DNA of 57,980 nucleotides, the filler included, from Dirinaria sp. TL-2023a (Eukaryota): NCBI GenBank assembly GCA_051941275.1. It is 5 parts of 5 records of this genome, joined end to end, with 100 filler letters (N's around TTAATTAATTAA, not from the genome) between each part and the next. Parts side by side here need not be neighbours in the genome. Positions count along the whole stretch, not along the records: positions 11,630 to 23,153 come from JAVEBF010000838.1; positions 23,254 to 34,771 come from JAVEBF010000839.1; 3 more parts are not named here. One strand, 5' to 3'. Positions 21,362-33,908 of the stretch are shown here, piece by piece. Both the position numbers and the translations under genes were made by a program. Under the pieces are notes generated by a model that saw only the letters and a program-made list of their open reading frames with translations, did no database searches and had not been told where the DNA came from. Each line of letters opens with the position of its first letter. Position 1 is the first letter of the stretch.

Positions 21362-23153
21362 ATGGCGCCACCCTTTACGAGCTTGCTTTATGTGGTAGTT
21401 TCAAGTCTGCTGCAGAACTACATCGACTTGAACACTATGTATCACCACTGCTGGGGAGAGGTAAGTCTACAGAGCATCATTTGACGCGTATCATTCACGA
21501 AGGGAAATGCTAATTCTTCCGTGTCATTATAGCTCCCAACTCCATGCCGCCCTGACCTCCGATTCTACAACGCGAAAGGTGCCGCGCGCAAGGCGGCAGC
21601 CGTTTCAAGATACGAGTATGGCTACCTCACGCTGCCTGCTCCAACGGCTCCGCCGAGGATGGAAATCACCGTAGCTCCGAATCTGGTCCCGGTTTCCCAC
21701 AAAGGCACCGCTGCTTTCGGTAAGTGATATATCTTCGTTCTCGATTTTGCCAAAGCTAATGTTCTGTAGATTTCGCCCCTGCTTTGTCCCCCGCTTCGGT
21801 CTTCGGCTCTGTAAATCACTTTATCACGACGCTCATCGCGATCTTGTGCTTTGTAGCTCTGTACGCCGTCTACAGCACTGTCCTCGTGCCTCTTATCGAG
21901 GACAAAATGGGCCGCTTGACCCTCAATGTTCACCAAGCGGACCCGTTTAAGACCATGGCCGTGTCAGTAATGAGTGTCAAGACCACACTGGAGCGCCGAA
22001 TCAGACAATTGCACAAGCAGATCGACCGTTTGACAAACAAAGGGACCCAAGCGAATCGGTTCAAGGAGCTTGCAGTGGCGCTGATGGTCGAGAAAGTCTC
22101 GCTGCAGAACAAGGTCGCAGAACTCTCGCAGGAAATCATCCGGCTCACCATTCCACGGGACAAGTTCAAAGGTCTTTGCATATCGTTAATGCGGGAAAAA
22201 GTTTTCCTGCAAGATCGAGTAACATACCTCGAAGAGCAGCTCGACAAGCTGCGTCGAGAGAAGACCCCGGCTGCCGGTGCCCCATCGACCCAAGCGGGCC
22301 CATTCAACGTGCCGTCCGCCTCCTTCGGTTTTGCCGCGCCCGCTTTCACGCCGCTGCCCTCGCTGCACAACGTGTTTCCAAGCATCCTGACAAACCCCAG
22401 CCCGATCTTTGGTCCTCCCATGACCGAAGAGGAAGCAGCAGCAGCACGGGCACGGATACAATCAAGGGTGATCCTGCCAGCACGATCCATCTTCCCAATG
22501 CTGGAACAGAAGGACGACGACAAGGAAACGCCGGCAAAAGCGGAAGAAGACTCTGCCCAAGACAAAGCTCCAGAGCCAGCAATCACCGAGCCAGCAGCAC
22601 CCGAGATAACAGTAACCGAGCCAGCAGCCGCCGATAACGCCGAACGCCCAAAGACCCGCGCCGAGCGGGGACTCTGCAAGAACAAGTCCCCCAGCCAACG
22701 GAGAGCGGCCAAGAAGGCCAAAGAAGCGGCGGCGGCTGCGGCGGAGGCAGAGGCGGCAGCAAAAGAAGCCGCGGACGAAGAAGAAGCCCAAAAGAAGGGC
22801 AATGAAGAAGAAGAAGGGCCCAAAGAGCCCGAGAAGAAGGATGGTGCGTCTCCGTCTCAGACGGATGACCCTGTCAAGGCCAATGAAGGCCAAGAAGAAG
22901 AAGAAGAGAAGAAGGAGGAGGATAACGCCGCAGAAGCCAGCACTACTGGCGGGCAAGAAGAGCCGGCTGCGGTGGAGGAGGGAGGAGAGCAGGAGAAGCC
23001 GAAGGCGAAGAAGAAGCCGAGGCGGCAGAAGAGGAAGAACCAGAGGATCAGAGAGGCCGCCGAGCGAGAAGCTGCTGCTGCTGCTGCTGCTGCCGAGGCT
23101 GCGAAGGAGGCTGCGAAGGAGGCGGAGGAGGCGGAGGAGGCGGAGGAGGCGGA
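21362..23153 (+). CDS. Orphan protein with a TM helix, duplicated coiled-coil and long E/K/A-rich disordered tail (3 exons; 3' end lost in gap)
   Basis: ATG at 21362. GTAAGT...AG introns 21461-21532 and 21720-21769 (both with a GCTAAT branch point) join in frame with ORF 21784. TM segment FITTLIAILCFVALYAVYSTVLVPLI. Confidence 0.75.
23071..23153 (+). repeat. Coding microsatellites: (GCT)7 and GGAGGCGGA 9-mers at the contig end
   Basis: Encode poly-Ala and AEE repeats that run into the gap. Confidence 0.85.
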
Positions 23154-23253
23154 NNNNNNNNNNNNNNNNNNNNNNNNNNNNNNNNNNNNNNNNNNNNTTA
23201 ATTAATTAANNNNNNNNNNNNNNNNNNNNNNNNNNNNNNNNNNNNNNNNNNNN
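23154..23253. other. Assembly gap (N spacer with TTAATTAATTAA)
   Basis: N run with linker. Truncates the two converging genes. Confidence 0.98.
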
Positions 23254-26200
23254 TGTGGCGGGCTGAGAGGCGGAGATCAGAGTGGGGTCAAGGGCCATGT
23301 TGTCTTTCATGTCTGGTGGGGTGGTGGCGACGGTGTGAGCTGTGGTATCTTCCTGTGGGACGGCTGGCGCTGGGGCTTGAGGAGGAGTGCCGGAGCGGAC
23401 TGCTGGTGTAGGTGAATTTCGATCGGCCTGTTCTTCGGCTGCGAGATCTGAGAAAGAACCTGTTGCATCTGGACTGCCTTCCTGCGCTGCCGCGGCTTGT
23501 ATTTGATCAATCGCAGACGGCATATACTGCTGCTGATGCGAATTCTCAGAGTCTGGCCCCGACGGCATCATTGGAGCTGTGGGCGCTTGCTGCGACATTG
23601 GTGCAACAGGCGCATTGCTCTCATAGGGTAGTTGACTTGGGACTTGCGTGGCTGATCCTGCTGACCGTCGAAGTTTCTTGGCCGATGGGATCTCGTTGCC
23701 TTCGCTATCGACTTTCCTCCGCTTTGCAGCTGCAGGCCTAGGGATGGCCGATTCACGAGCTTTGACAGGGTCCTCATTTCCATATTCGTCATGGATGCAT
23801 CGTCGCTGCTCGAGAAGTAAGCATTGTTTTGTAGATTCATCAAGAATATGAGTGCCTACCTTGCTCTTACGGCAGTCGTTACAAGCTTTTGTCCTCCCCC
23901 TACTATGAGGTGCGTTAAGCGACAGCACAGACAATCCATTGACAGGACCGCCGGCTATCCTGTGTTCTAAGCGTTGAAGGCCGGCGCCGGATAAGTGCGT
24001 AAGCATCTTCGGCGTGCTGGCAATCTCATCCGGGTGTTTCAGCAAATAGTCCATTTCTGCATCCAACGTTTCCTGGTCAGGATCCAGAGCTCCATTGGGT
24101 GACAAGCCCGCCGCTTGTGGTGTGGAACCGATCGGATCATGGCTTTCCTGTATATCTGTCTCTCCAGCGGCGTCGATGCCGTGGCTTACACTGTTGGCGA
24201 GGACGTTCTCTGGTACGGTTTCCCCCGCTTGGGCAACACTGATCGCCATGGCTGGCATATGAGAGTTAGAGTGTGGTGGAGAAACGACTTGCTTGTGCTT
24301 GCATGCCCGGCGCCGTTTCCTGCACGATTCACAAGCGACCTTTCGATGTGGATTTGCAATAGTGCCCGATGCTGTTCGGCGTCTTTTCAAAGTGGGAGAG
24401 TCGTGCGTATCCGGCTTTCGATAAGGGTCGCTATCAGACAATTTCCGCTTGATCTGTGTCTGCGGACTGCTGTCGTTGTTGGACGTGCCACCCTGCTGAC
24501 CGAGGATGGTGTCCTTTGAACTCTGCAATGGCACGTCAAAAGGTGGAACTGCTGACTCCGATGGTTGCTGTTGCTGTTGCTGGGACTGCATACGTGCTGA
24601 TTGCCTTCGAGGAGCTTGCAGAGCAGCCTCTCGATCAAGTTTCTTCTGAGCTGCGGCGCTCAATTTGGCAGCGGACTCTGGTTCAGGTACAGCATCTGGA
24701 TACGCCCATGATGGTATCGTTTCATTGCCACGTTTCCAAGCGCACCACGCAGCAAATGTTTTTAAAACGTCTAGCGGTTCACCGTGAGACCTCGGTATCG
24801 ATCGCTTGACAGCATTACGGGCCTCAGCCGTAATGCCATCAGTGATGCTGCCCACATCGATGAGAGCTGTTCTCAACAGATAGCGTAGAAGCTCAGGTAA
24901 GCCCTCAAGCTCTGCTTGCGAGTAGTACCTCGCATGGTAGTTTTCAGGACCAGATCTGGAGTTCTCACCCCAATCATTGAAATCATGATGAGCAGGACGT
25001 TCGCGGTGGAAGACGCCACCATGTTGTATCAGTGTTTTGACATCTTGTGGAAGGGGATCCTCTTCAATGTAGCGAAAAGCTGTATACCAATGGATCTTTT
25101 GAAAGTGTGGGTACCTAAACTTCCTCGCGACTCCAGTGGCCTTCTCGATCTGAGCGATCCGGAATTGCATACCGTAGTTGAGTCTCGTGAGAAAATTACC
25201 CCCAATGACAAGGCTATCCTCAGGAGTCCAGACGGCATGTACCCAGCCAGCAGGGATGAACATGGTATCTCCTTCCGAGAGGTCGACACGATAGCATTCT
25301 TTGGTTTGGTCACCCAGGAAGGTCCAATTCTGGGCTGGAGACAGGCACCATTCCTCGTATTTCTTCAAGTTTTTTTCTTTGGGCGGAATGAAGAAAAAGG
25401 TTTTCTTGCCTTTCAAAATATGGTAGAACACTGAAGAGCCGCCAAAGTCGATGTGGAAGTCCGTGAAGCAATCTGCGACTGACATTAGGCAGTAAAACTG
25501 GACTCGCGGAATTTCGCCTTTGGCTTGCAGCTCAAGGGGCCAGACAGAGTCTTGCAGGTCAAGATCTCGGACAATTTGTGGTCTCCTTATCAAACGGCCT
25601 AGCTTACTCTGGGAGACCTCTAGGCTGATGACATTCCGTACTATCTTATCTCCCTTGCTTTCGTAGTAATCAGCCCACCGTCGCATATTCCATTTCTTGC
25701 CCTCCCCGTTTTGTGACTTCACATCGATCACTTCGACCTTTTCTTCAGGACCGTAGAGCTCAGCGACAGTCCTGACCGTCAAGCCATGGGGCATGACCAT
25801 GTCCAAGGCATCTTGTCCGTGATCGGGGGCGTACTGATAATCAGGATCATCCGCTAACCATCCATCGGGATCTGAGCCTTCGTAGTCGGCGGCATGAGAT
25901 TCGTCTACCCCCGAGCCGAAGATTTCAGGCGTTGTGCCATGGAGAGGTTGCGGGTTGAAGGCAGCAGGAACGACAATGGGTTCTTTCCAAGCTTGTAACT
26001 TTTCAAAGTATTCAGCAGTGACCAATTCTGGTCGCATCCGCGCGAAGGTCTCTGGCTGGAATGAGAGGGTACCCTCTTTTATAGGCTTGATGTAATGATG
26101 TTCAGGTGTATCGTCCGAGGTTTTAATCACACCCTGATGTAATCCAGCATAATCAATCGAACTGTGTGCGCGCGACGATTTTCTAACATACGTCGTAGCC

Positions 26201-27669
26201 CCGTGAACCGGTCTACATGTACGACAGCGGTATTTGTCGACACCTCTCACTTCCCGCTCGTTCTTGAAGCCCGCACAGGCAAAGTGATACCAGGACTTGC
26301 AAGCATCGCAGCTGATCCACGAAGTTGCACTAGGATCGACTTCGCCATTGATTATGTTCCTGGTGAATTTACATCCTGCGCATACCGCTGGAGCAGCAGC
26401 ATCGTTCGCTTCGGTGGTAGTGCCCTCGTTCTGTATTGCTGCCGAGTCCACTCCCATATCTGTTAATCTAGGAGCAACTGATCCATCCAAGCGCGGTACA
26501 CCAGATCCGCCCAGCAGGTTATCTGAAAATTGGTTTGATCTAGTTTGAGGGAGGTCTCCCTGGATTCCGTCGGCTCTAATTTCTCCTTGTTCCTGCCGAT
26601 CATTTTGTGCGAGTTTTGGAAGTATGTTCGCGGTTATTCCAAGGTTGCAATTTTTGATGTGATTTTCGCTATCGGAAGTGTGAAGCTCCTCCGGCTGCTG
26701 TATGAACTCAGTGTGACCAGATAATCCGGCGCTGTTCTTTGTGAGAATCTCTGCAACCGTTGTACCTTCAGCGGAATTCTTGCCGAAAGACTCCTCTCCC
26801 ACTTTGACATCAACCTTGTGTCCAGGGGTCAGCTCTTGATCATGTGTAAGGGCATTGCCGGTAACTGATGGAGTGATCTGAGAAGCGGGCTGAGCGATGG
26901 ACGTCGGCCCAAGTAACGTTTTGCCATATGCCTTTTCCTCGGGTTTATTAAGTGGCTCATCAGCAGCACTTGCGTTATCCTCCCCTACTGTTTTCACGCG
27001 TTTTGGGGCACTTGAAACATGCTCGTTATGCTCCCAATGCTTCTCTTCATTCGCCACCGGTTGTAAGTCTAACTTTCCAAGTATTGAGGGATGGGTAGAT
27101 TGTTTCGGAGACGCTTCGCTTGCACTCTGGATTGGTAGTTGTGGTGGAACGGAAAATCTAGCCTCTTGTGCGAAGTTCAGTAGTAGCTCTGCCTCCAAAA
27201 ATCTGCTATCCGATGACTGGTGGTAGCTTGTGGCTGGTCTCGTATCGCTATCAAAGGCGCTTCCTCGGGTATCAGGTGAAGGAAGCTTCTCCGATCTTGC
27301 ACGTTTTGTTGGACGTTCCGCTTGATTGCCGAGCGCTAGATTTGTAGGGCGAAGAGGTGTATCTTGATGACTCGATCGGCGGGGCGCTCCGTTAGAGCCT
27401 GTTGCCAGCGCAATCGATGCAAAGGCGTCCATTGCTCCTTGACGTTCGATTGCTCTGCTATGGCCAGCATTCGATCGTAGCTGAGGTAGTGGACCGCTCG
27501 AGGCACGGTTGTGATAGCTTCTTTTGTTGGGCCATCGCATTTCGCCATCTTCAGTAGGTAGATCGGCGACTAATGGAGAGACCGGCTCCACGGCATGCCT
27601 TGGAGGAGATGGAGTTCGGTATCTAAGAGGTCGAGGGCCAGCATCTTTCTTAAAGGAAGTGGCAGTCAT
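23254..27669 (-). CDS. JHD1: PHD + JmjC histone H3K36 demethylase (JHDM1/Jhd1); 3' end lost in gap
   Basis: PHD finger WISCDACKSWYHFAC...YRCRTC. JmjC core RNVISLEVS, VQFYCLMSVADCFTDFHIDFGGSSVFYH, TMFIPAGWVHAVWTPEDSLVIGGNFL. Probable in-frame 54-nt intron at 23806-23859. Confidence 0.93.
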
Positions 27670-29613
27670 TGTGTCTCCAGTCGAAGCAGAAGTACGCGGC
27701 GGGGAGGGAGCTAGAGCGTGAAGTTGCAGGAGGGCAAGCTCAGCGCAAGCCGGCGTGGAATCATGGAGGGTTGTCGCTCATTGATAAGAAGCATATGATG
27801 AAAATCTGAATGTCGATATCGTTACAGAGGTTTCAATTAGCATAGACGCGGTGAGGTGGTGGTGAGCTGGTGTAGGAGGGAGGGAGGGGGTTAGGTTGCG
27901 GTCCCAACTCTCGCCGTAAACGTCGGGCGTACAGCGGAATTGCCTTCAAACCCGCGTATCGCCCGCACGAAATCACGAAATATCGTTTTACGGATTTATA
28001 GGGACATTTGGCACGCAAATCATGCCTGTATAGCTCTATAGCTAGAATTCTACATACAGTACGTTAAGCTAGCAAGCCCGTACACCTGTTTAAACGTCCC
28101 TGATGTCGCCGGCGAATGTGCATGAAATGTGGACTCGGAAGTCAACGACATTTGCACGCACTTCCTCAAGCTATTCCCAGTTCTCCCCATGTTGATTTTG
28201 TATCTTTTTCAAGGTCTGCTCGAAGCCACTGAAAGTTTCTGTTCGACTGTGGAGAAAGAATTCTACCAGCAACAGCGCCTCGTCTGGATGCCGACCAGAG
28301 GCGACTTCACACTGGTCTGACGACTTTAATTTGTACTCGAACTCGCTATCAATATCGACATCGTGATCGCAATTGCTGCTGACGCGAAGCGCCTCCATAG
28401 CAGCCACTTGCATACTATGATCTTGATCTACTCCATCCCACAGCTATAGATCTTAGCCTCCGCCGCGTTTACAACCACGACGGCAGCAATTCCCGCCCCG
28501 TTCATAGAGAAATTCTCATGGAGACTCCGCCTAGTGTAACTCCCACCTCTTTCTCTGCCTCGTGCAGCTTGACACTCGCACCAGAATTGTAGGTATGTTT
28601 TGAGCGTGCTTTGACAATGTCAGGTATCCCGGACAAGTATCTGGCACGCGCGCATGTCCTTCTGGTGATGTGTGAGCTTGCATTGCTTCAATGAAAAGAT
28701 GAAGCGTAGGTTGCTTCTGCGTGTATCAGTGTTGTGATGCAAAGAAATGGTTGATATGCGGCGGTGTAAATCATGTAGTGATGAAGTGGAATTCTTGTCA
28801 GTGCCGCAACGAACCATCCCAACGTCACGTAGGTACCTTAACCATGACTTAACCCTAGAACCCTTAACCTAAGCAGGGGCAGGGAGTGAGCCAATGGGGC
28901 GGTTGAACTTTGCTTTTCGCCATAATGCTGACACGCTGACTTTCAGCTTTAAGTACATGTAGACAACTACGAATTTTACACCTCACAGAATCTCCTAGCG
29001 AGCGATCTGCAATCAAGGCAACTGAATACCATGTGTCAAGAAAGAGATGTGCAGCCGTTACGCGCAAAGCAAGGCCGCCTCTGAAACGGGCCCGATGACA
29101 CTGTTGAGGCTCATTTGTGTTGTTATGGCGGCTGAACACGACGAAACAAGATTCCTGAAAACACTTCCGAGTCCTTCCTTACACCTGAGCATTTTGCTAT
29201 CCCGATCTACGAGCCGATATTCTAGTATTCACCTTCAAGGGCCTTATCACAACATCAATCAGGTCATAATTAAGACAATCCACCTATGATCATCATATGG
29301 CGACCCCTTAAGAGAGCTAATTTGTCTCGAGAAAATACCCAATACTTTCCCGAGAGTGTCCCTGGTCATAAGCTAAACTGGAACGGATACTTAACACGCC
29401 TCCGCTTGAACATCAGTTGAGCATCAGGTAATCTTAGTTTAATGAAATGTGTTGGATGTGGTGCCTATCGACCTGAAGAGAGAATCGCGTGGCATGCGTC
29501 TAATCTGCTGATATTCTACAGGAGAGTAAAGATGTCGAATTATATATACACAAATTGTCATGGATGATATCAAATATATACCTGGAGAGGGGAGTACTTA
29601 TTAAAACAAGCTG

Positions 29614-31695
29614 TTAACGGTCCTTTTGCGCTTTGATGCTCCTCCATTCCAACGATAACGAGGCGATGATTGTCAAGCATGCCAACGCCAGCGCGACATC
29701 GAAGACATTCACTACCGCATGGTTGTAGACATGCTTTACAAACCCCAAATTCTGCGAACCCACAACGGATTTGATGTCCGTGGCTCCGGTATTGACAACA
29801 GTGGCAGGGTTAAAGTTCGGAAGGCTTGAAAGGCCAGACACTAAGCGATTGACAAGAACGTTCTGTGCAATGGAGATGAAGATAGTGCCTCCAAGCTGCT
29901 GCGCGAAAAAGTTTAATGATACTCCAGTCGCGACATCTTTCTTCTCCAAAACGGTCTGCGCCGCTAAGCTGATTTGCTGCATCCCTAGACCAAGGCCAAA
30001 TCCAAATAGAACTTGGTAGCCGATCCACTTGGCGTGTCCGGTTTCCGGGGTAAACGTCGTGAACAACCCAACTCCGATCGGCATGATGGCTGAAGACGCA
30101 ATCAGTAAAGGAGTATAGTAGCCAATTCTCTTCACAAGAATTCCTGAGCAGATACTCGCTACAACGAGAGAAAGCAATGCCGGCAGCATCATAAGCCCTG
30201 AGTGAACCGGATCCGCGTCTTTTATCGCTTGGAACCAGATTGGCAGATAGTAGATTACTATCATTAATGTTCCGCCATTGCAGATCGAATACCAAAAGGC
30301 GGCAGCTATACTCCGTTGTTTAATAATGTGCGGAGGTACCGTTGCCAGGTCACCTTTCCACGCTTGCACGGCAATGAAGGCGCAGAGACAGATCCCAAAA
30401 ATCACGAGCAGTGCGATAATGCGGCCATTGTTCCAGGCATACGTTGAACCGCCCCACTGTAGCGCGAGTAATAGACAAATGATCCCAGGAAAGAAGAATG
30501 CAGTGCCGATGGGGTCGAGCTGGGAGATCTGCTCCCTTAGAGACTTGTGGGTCTTGTTGCCTGGCACCTTGAGAACCAGCGCCACGATCGCTATAGCAAT
30601 GGCACCAATTGGAAGGTTGATGTAGAAACACCAGCGCCACGAAACCTGTTTGCACCGTCAACCTTATGTCTTGGAGTAAGATGGTAATAACCACTTGCCT
30701 TCTGGGTCAGGGCACCACCTAGCAGAGGCCCGAGGATGGAGGAGATGCCGAAGACAGCACCAAAACCTGCCATATACGTTGGTCGCTTAGCGAGAGGGAG
30801 TATGTGAAACATGATGACGATAGCCCCATTCATCATGCCCGCTGCACCCAGGCCTGAAATAGCGCGGCCAACGATAAACGCTCGTGATGAGGGCGCGGCG
30901 CCGCAGACAGCTGATCCGAGTTCAAATAGGGCGATAACACTTAGGAAAACCCATTTCGGAGAATAGAAAGTGTAGACACGGCCAAGCAGGAGCATGAAAG
31001 CACAAAAGGTGAGCATATACGCACTTCCATACCTGGAACCTCTTAGCGCATTTGTGTATTCTGAAAATGCACAATTACTCACCAGCCTACATCTCCGAAA
31101 GAGTGGAAATCATTGGTCATGTATGGAATTGCAGTCGAGATAATTGTTCGGTCCTGCGAAAAGCAATCAGTGAGTGCTAAACTATTGATTGGAAACACTG
31201 TATGCATAGGTACGATAGCATGCATTCAGCGCTGCTCGTCAAGAATCATCGATCGGAATAGGGCGATCATACGACCGTGACTTTGCCATACACGTCTTGA
31301 TCAACATCAGATGACTAGGTTCTGATTCGAGTTTCGCCAAATACAGCCACTCTCAGATCAAAGGAAAAAAAGATGGGAAAAGAAAAAGAAAAATTGCATG
31401 TGATTTCTCTTTTGTGACTCGCAGAACTTACAAGGGCTTGAAGGAACATCGCTAGGTAAAGTGCCGGCATTATGATGATGACCTCTCGCGTTGGAGGGTA
31501 TGCTGGTCCATCCTCGGACCTGTTAGGTTCTGAGACCACCTCCGTGGACTTTGACGGCTGCTTTTCCAGATCTTTTTCGACGGATTCGTGGAGTGATTGA
31601 TCGTCAGCTGGCGTTGGTACCTCATTCGGTTTTTTTTCAACTGGAATCTCCGGCGGCTTTACAGTTGGATCATAGGCTGAAGCAGGAGAAGCCAT
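29614..31695 (-). CDS. MFS drug:H+ antiporter, 14-TM DHA2/AflT-like toxin exporter (4 exons)
   Basis: [69 protein letters not shown] and WIGYQVLFGFGLG. Includes GC-AG intron 30646-30698. Confidence 0.93.
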
Positions 31696-32166
31696 GGCTC
31701 ACTGCTATCTTGAGATCTTTTGGATGTAAAAGCTTCGGCCAATATTTGATGTCTACAAATTTTCTTCCCGTTGTCTCCCAGGGCGAATGGTTGATGGAAC
31801 ACTACTTCCTTTGAGATTTTGTATGATGGCGGTCAAGGCATTACAGATATATAAGTACTATGTACACCCATAGTTGAACACTCCTTTGTGCACAGAAGCG
31901 TCCGAGGTCACGCCCAATGGGGCCTCGGATGGGCCGAAGGCAGAAAGGAAACAATACCGCGTTTCATCGGTTGTCGGGCGTCTTCGGACCCGGTTTGTAC
32001 GGGAGCTCCGGTTCATACTAAAGCCTAATGTAACCCTAATATGTGTAAAGTGTTTTGAAGGAGATTCAAGTGCCTAACCTTTTCTCGGCTAGCGTAATTA
32101 TCCATCCTCGGAAGGTACCTGATTTCGCCGCATCTTGAAGCCTCGAAGAACATCTACTCACTCCCA

Positions 32167-33226
32167 ATGGCTTCCAAAATATTACCACGGCTAAGAGGCC
32201 GTGCACTCCAATCCCCTGTGATAAGACCAGTACCACAATGTCGAAGCTTAACATCGACTGCCTGCGTGGCAAGCGAGGCCCTTCAAGTCGTATGTTCTGG
32301 CCTGAGCCCAATATGTATCTCTAAAACCAAGTTGACATTGATTGTGTAGCACCGTGACTCGCCTAATAACAATCCATCCATCCCCTTTTCATTCAACGAA
32401 ATCAATCAGAAGCTCATACAAGAAATCCTTAAACGCTACCCGCCTCAGTACAAGAAAGCCGCCGTTATGCCCCTTCTGGATCTGGGTCAACGACAGCATG
32501 GGTTCACGAGCATCAGTGTTATGAATGAGGTCGCGAAGATCCTCGAGATGCCGCCTATGCGGGTTTATGAGGTTGCCACATTCTACACAATGTACAATCG
32601 AGATCCTGTGGGAAGGTTTCACGTCCAAGCCTGTACGACGGTACGTCACTTTGTAGAACTGGCATTTATCAACAACCATCTGGCTTGTTGTTCTGGTCAA
32701 AAATGCTAAAGAAATTTTTGCTTAGACTCCTTGCCAACTTGGAGGTTGCGGCTCAGACAAGATTATGGAGGCTATCGAATCACACCTCGGGATACACCCT
32801 GGACAAACTACACCTGACGGGCTTTTCACGTTCTCGGAAGTTGAATGCCTTGGTGCTTGCGTCAATGCGCCAATGGTGCAAATTAACGATGACTATTATG
32901 AGGACCTCACACCAGAATCGACCGTAACGCTGTTGAAAGCATTACAAGCGAGCGCTGAACAAACCGGAGCAGCTGGGGGAACGGCAGGTGTTGTGGGAGA
33001 CTCAACAGCGGGAATGGGAAGTACAGAGGGCGACAGTCGAGGCCAAGGAGCTGGAAGCAACGTAGAAGACCAAGCGGCAAGAGGCTACAGCGGCGCAAAG
33101 GGTGTGAAGCTGCCGAGCCCAGGCCCCATGAGTGGACGGAGGACCTGCGAACCAATGAAGGGCTTGACGTCCTTGACATCGGAACCGTGGGGTAATGAAA
33201 AGTTAAGAACGGACGGCGCACTGTAA
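32167..33226 (+). CDS. nuo-24: NADH:ubiquinone oxidoreductase 24-kDa subunit (NDUFV2/NuoE), 3 exons
   Basis: Mitochondrial presequence, [36 protein letters not shown], and 2Fe-2S ligands CTTTPC and [10 protein letters not shown]. Confidence 0.96.
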
Positions 33227-33908
33227 ACTTCGTAACTATCGAAAGTGAAGGGCATTGCTGACGCACTTTGGACACGGGTTGCTACCAGCAATACCATGTG
33301 CGCCTGAAATTCGACTGGGCTCGATTTTCTTGATTGCCAATTTCCCACAATGCATTTCTTGGTTGGTATATTGTTTTCCTTACTTTCTCTCGATCTGATC
33401 TTCCCGTTTCAATGTCGTGGCAGCATCTGGCATTTACTGTGCCGAGTAGCAAGTTTTAGCGCTTCATGCACGTCGAGCACGAGCCCTTATCGGTATTGAC
33501 ATCGACAGTCCACAATGCTACAAGGACGTGAAAAATATTAGCATTCAAGGCAAATCTTCAGCGCTACGGTGTTTACGAAATAGGCGCATCAAATAACGAG
33601 CCATTTGGATTCTCCCATATTTCGGCTACAGAGGGAAGTTCTACGACGCACGACGGCTATGCTTATGGCCATGCGCTTCACGGCGGATGCTTAGATCAAA
33701 GCGCCGAACTCTTCTCGACGATTGCAAAAAGCCGATAGCCGCTGCTGGAAAAGCTAGACGGTGACCAAACGCTACAATAATGATGGTGTTTTAGCAGTCT
33801 CGTCACCTTTACTTTCGTCACTGTGAATTCAATTGATGCAGATAAACCCAAGCATCGACCGAGGCGGACAGATGTTCTTGTGGAAGGGACATTGAAGCGA
33901 TTTACATT

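Noticed and set aside
21930..22956. Long antisense ORFs (and similar ones opposite ILS1, RAT1, the gasdermin and the LRR gene)
   Set aside because: They are shadow frames of GC-rich or low-complexity coding sequence.
11630..23153. Starship or other large mobile element carrying the accessory genes
   Set aside because: No tyrosine-recombinase captain, transposase, terminal repeats or target-site duplication is visible.
28129..29289. Short ORFs between JHD1 and the MFS gene
   Set aside because: No motifs, splice pattern or family similarity to support them.
16409..31695. Secondary-metabolite cluster (CoA ligase + MFS, plus the AKR further upstream)
   Set aside because: There is no PKS, NRPS or terpene synthase, and the genes are dispersed among housekeeping genes.
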